From NCBI GenBank assembly GCA_963843575.1, contig CAWJKZ010000015.1:96001-160000 (forward strand): a stretch of DNA of 64,000 nucleotides, read 5' to 3'. Each line of letters opens with the position of its first letter. The stretch's first letter is position 1. The notes under the pieces were generated by a model. It was given only the letters and a program-made list of their open reading frames with translations, did not search any database and was not told the DNA's origin. The position numbers and the translations under genes are program-made. This document shows, one piece after another, positions 61,596 to 64,000 of this stretch. The stretch comes from an uncultured Acidobacteriota bacterium. GTDB taxonomy: Bacteria > Acidobacteriota > UBA6911.

Positions 61596-62955
61596 ATGGC
61601 AGAACGGAAATCCACGTCGGACGGTGCGGGGAGCATGCCCCGCCGCGAGTTCGTAAAAAAGACTTCGCTCCTGGCGGTGGGCGGGGCGGTGACGCAGTTC
61701 CCGTACGTCGTCACGGGGCACGCCGAGCCGGACGATCCGATCCGGGTCGGCGTGATCGGTTGCGGCGGGCGCGGCACGGGTGCGGCGCTCAACATCCTGG
61801 GCGCGCAGACGAGGGTTGTCTATCCGCGGACGGGCTACCACACGGAGAACGCCCTCCCGAATGCGCGGGTACAGGTGGAGAACGTGAAGGTGACGGCGCT
61901 GGCCGACCTGTTTCGAGACCGGCTGGATCATTGCCGGACGCAGCTGGCCGCAGTGGGCAACCCCGTTGCCGAAGACCACTGCTTCTCCGGGCTTCGACGC
62001 CTACAAGAAGCTGACGCATGCTCCCGGATGTGAATTACGTCATCCTCGCCACCCCGCCGCATTTCCGCCCTGCGACGCTGCGCGCCGCGGTCGAGGGCGG
62101 GCAAGCACGTGTTCATGGAAAAGCCGCTGGCCGTGGACGGTCCGGGCGTGCGCTCGGTCATCGAATCGGCCGAAATTGCCACGAAAAAGGGGCTGGGCAT
62201 CGCCTGCGGCGCCCAGCGACGGCACCAGTCGAGCTATGTCGAGGCGGCGCAGAGGATCCGCGACGGTGCCATCGGCGAGATCGTCGAGTGCCGCGCTTAC
62301 TGGAACGGCGGGGGATTGTGGGTGATCGCGCGCCAGCCCGGCTGGTCCGACATGGAGTGGCAGCTTCGCAACTGGAACTATTTCACCTGGCTGTCGGGCG
62401 ATCACATCGTCGAGCAGCACCTGCACAACTACGACGTCATCAACTGGATCCTGGGCAAGCCGCCGGTCAAGGCCACCAGCCTCGGCGGCCGCCAGGTGCG
62501 CACCGCCCCGGAGTACGGCAACGTTTTCGACCATTTCGCCACCGAGTTCGAGTACGACAACGGCATGCGGCTCTTCAGCCAGTGCCGCCAGATCGACGGC
62601 TGCTCCGGGTAACGTGAGCGAAGCCATGGTGGGGACCAAAGGGACGACAAACTGCAGGGACTCGATCAAGGGGGCGCAGGAGTGGCGCTACGGCGGGCCC
62701 AATCCCAACCCGTACGAGGTGGAGCACGCGGAACTGATCGCGAGCATCAGGGCCGGCAAACCGCTGAACGAGGCTCGTTCCGTCGCCGAAAGCACTCTGA
62801 TGGGGATCATGGCGCGCAATTCGGCCTACACCGGGCAGACCCTGACCTGGGAGCAGGTCCTCAATTCCAAGCAGGATCTGTCGCCGCCGAATTACGAGTT
62901 CGGCGACCTGCCGATAGCCCCGGTGCCCGTGCCGGGATCGTACACCTTCGAATGA
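61596..62955 (+). CDS. Tat-exported Gfo/Idh/MocA oxidoreductase; four +1 frameshifts
   Basis: PRREFV, GCGGRG, TPPHFRP, EKP, WLSGDHIVEQHLH spread over successive frames; shifts near 61988, 62017, 62097 and 62606. Confidence 0.85.
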
Positions 62956-62957
62956 CT

Positions 62958-63057
62958 TGGAGATGCGGCGCCAAAGTCGTTTTTGGATGCCCCGAAAATC
63001 AAAAGCCCGCCACGGAAGATACGGACGGACGAGTCCGACCTCGTCGGCCGCACTCCA
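62958..63057. repeat. Family B REP-like doublet (degenerate)
   Basis: TGGAGATGCGGCG ... GGCCGCACTCCA between convergent genes. Confidence 0.6.
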
Positions 63058-63059
63058 GG

Positions 63060-64000
63060 TCATTTCGAGGTGGTGGCTGGGGCGCGGCCGGCCGTGCGCA
63101 CGAATTCGTGCAGGTGGGAATTGGCCGGCTCCAGGAATTCGGCCGCCTTCAGGTACTCCATGAACGCGCCGACGTCGTCGCCGGAGGGCAAGGGCAGCCT
63201 GGTGCCCCTGTGTAGAGCAAACGGCTTCGCTCCGTCGAACACCAGGCAGGCCCGCCCTTCCCCGTAGACCTTGCTGATGCCCACGTCGATGAGGATCACC
63301 TTGCCGCCGAATCTCGGCAGCACTATCCCGGGCGTGGGGCTGTGGGCGACGACGATGTGGCTCGCACCAAACCGGGCCAGGACCGAATCCACGTGTGCGG
63401 CCATCTCCGGTCCAGTCTGTTCGGACAATCCCCGATACCACAGGGGTCCCTCTGGGTCCGTGACCAGCCCGCCGTTGATCTTGGAGAAATCCTGCAATTC
63501 CGCCCTGATCCGGTCGTTGATCTCCTGAAGGCTCAAGGCGGCGTATTTCGGGCTGATGCCGCCGTGCATGAAAAGGGCTTTGTTGATCTTGACGACCGCG
63601 TTCTTCTCCCTGAGCCAGCGGCCGTATTTCCCGGTCTTCCCGAAGGCGAGGCGATGCTCCACCCAGCCGAGCGGGTGTTCATCCTCCCACTTGCTGCGGT
63701 ATTTCCCGTCATCCTTCTTCGCGGGATCGGCCAGCTGTTCGTAGTTGTGGTCGCGCAGGGCGCGGGACTCCGGGGTCCGGAAGGCGTCGTATTCCCCCCT
63801 GTCCACGTAGCGCAGGTCACCCAGCATGTTCATGGTTTCGTGGTTGCCCAGCAGGGCGTGCACCATCCCTCCGGCTTTCGGCGCCTGCCGTTCGAGGTCC
63901 ATGAGCAGATCCAGCACTTTTCTGGAATCGGCTCCCCGGTCGACCACGTCCCCCGTCTGTACCAGGTGCGAGTCTCCCCCCTTCCACTGGTTGCGCCCGT
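63060..64000 (-). CDS. Calcineurin-like metallophosphoesterase (Shewanella-like phosphatase), 5'-partial
   Basis: HLVQTGDVVDRG, GNHE, HGG, GPLWYRG, IDVGIS. Confidence 0.9.
   Translation of the reverse strand, partial: GRNQWKGGDSHLVQTGDVVDRGADSRKVLDLLMDLERQAPKAGGMVHALLGNHETMNMLGDLRYVDRGEYDAFRTPESRALRDHNYEQLADPAKKDDGKYRSKWEDEHPLGWVEHRLAFGKTGKYGRWLREKNAVVKINKALFMHGGISPKYAALSLQEINDRIRAELQDFSKINGGLVTDPEGPLWYRGLSEQTGPEMAAHVDSVLARFGASHIVVAHSPTPGIVLPRFGGKVILIDVGISKVYGEGRACLVFDGAKPFALHRGTRLPLPSGDDVGAFMEYLKAAEFLEPANSHLHEFVRTAGRAPATTSK

Overview
GC-rich chromosomal window, most likely from an Acidobacteriota genome or MAG (Oar-type TonB receptor, ADOP duplicated permease, many Tat-exported Gfo/Idh/MocA and TIM-barrel proteins). 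It holds about 50 CDS. Housekeeping and glycogen genes are ilvE, malQ, hemE, glgC, large-type purL and a treZ-like gene. It also carries peptidases S46 and M49, a vapBC pair next to a class IIC group II intron relic, a PerR-rubrerythrin-FeS-DUF3501 operon, and a TetR/TolC/HlyD/ABC efflux operon. Intergenic spaces are crowded with at least five families of REP-, REPIN- or MITE-like repeats. Eight +1 frameshifts in otherwise intact genes look like sequencing insertions. Top findings: (1) an unannotated 57-aa membrane-anchored ORF (51043-51216, minus) with its own promoter and RBS, an in-frame UGA in a U-x4-C motif and a SECIS-like hairpin, i.e. a candidate small selenoprotein; (2) an apbE / tetraheme NapC-FGE-like fusion / Tat NAD-oxidoreductase operon, inferred to be a flavinylation-dependent periplasmic sugar-oxidation electron chain with a variant AVSGPT motif; (3) a TWA-targeting MITE family with nested cargo; (4) a TreZ lacking its catalytic Asp; (5) a rod-shaped candidate ncRNA. 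No rRNA, tRNA or CRISPR array was seen. All calls come from reading the sequence; no searches were run.
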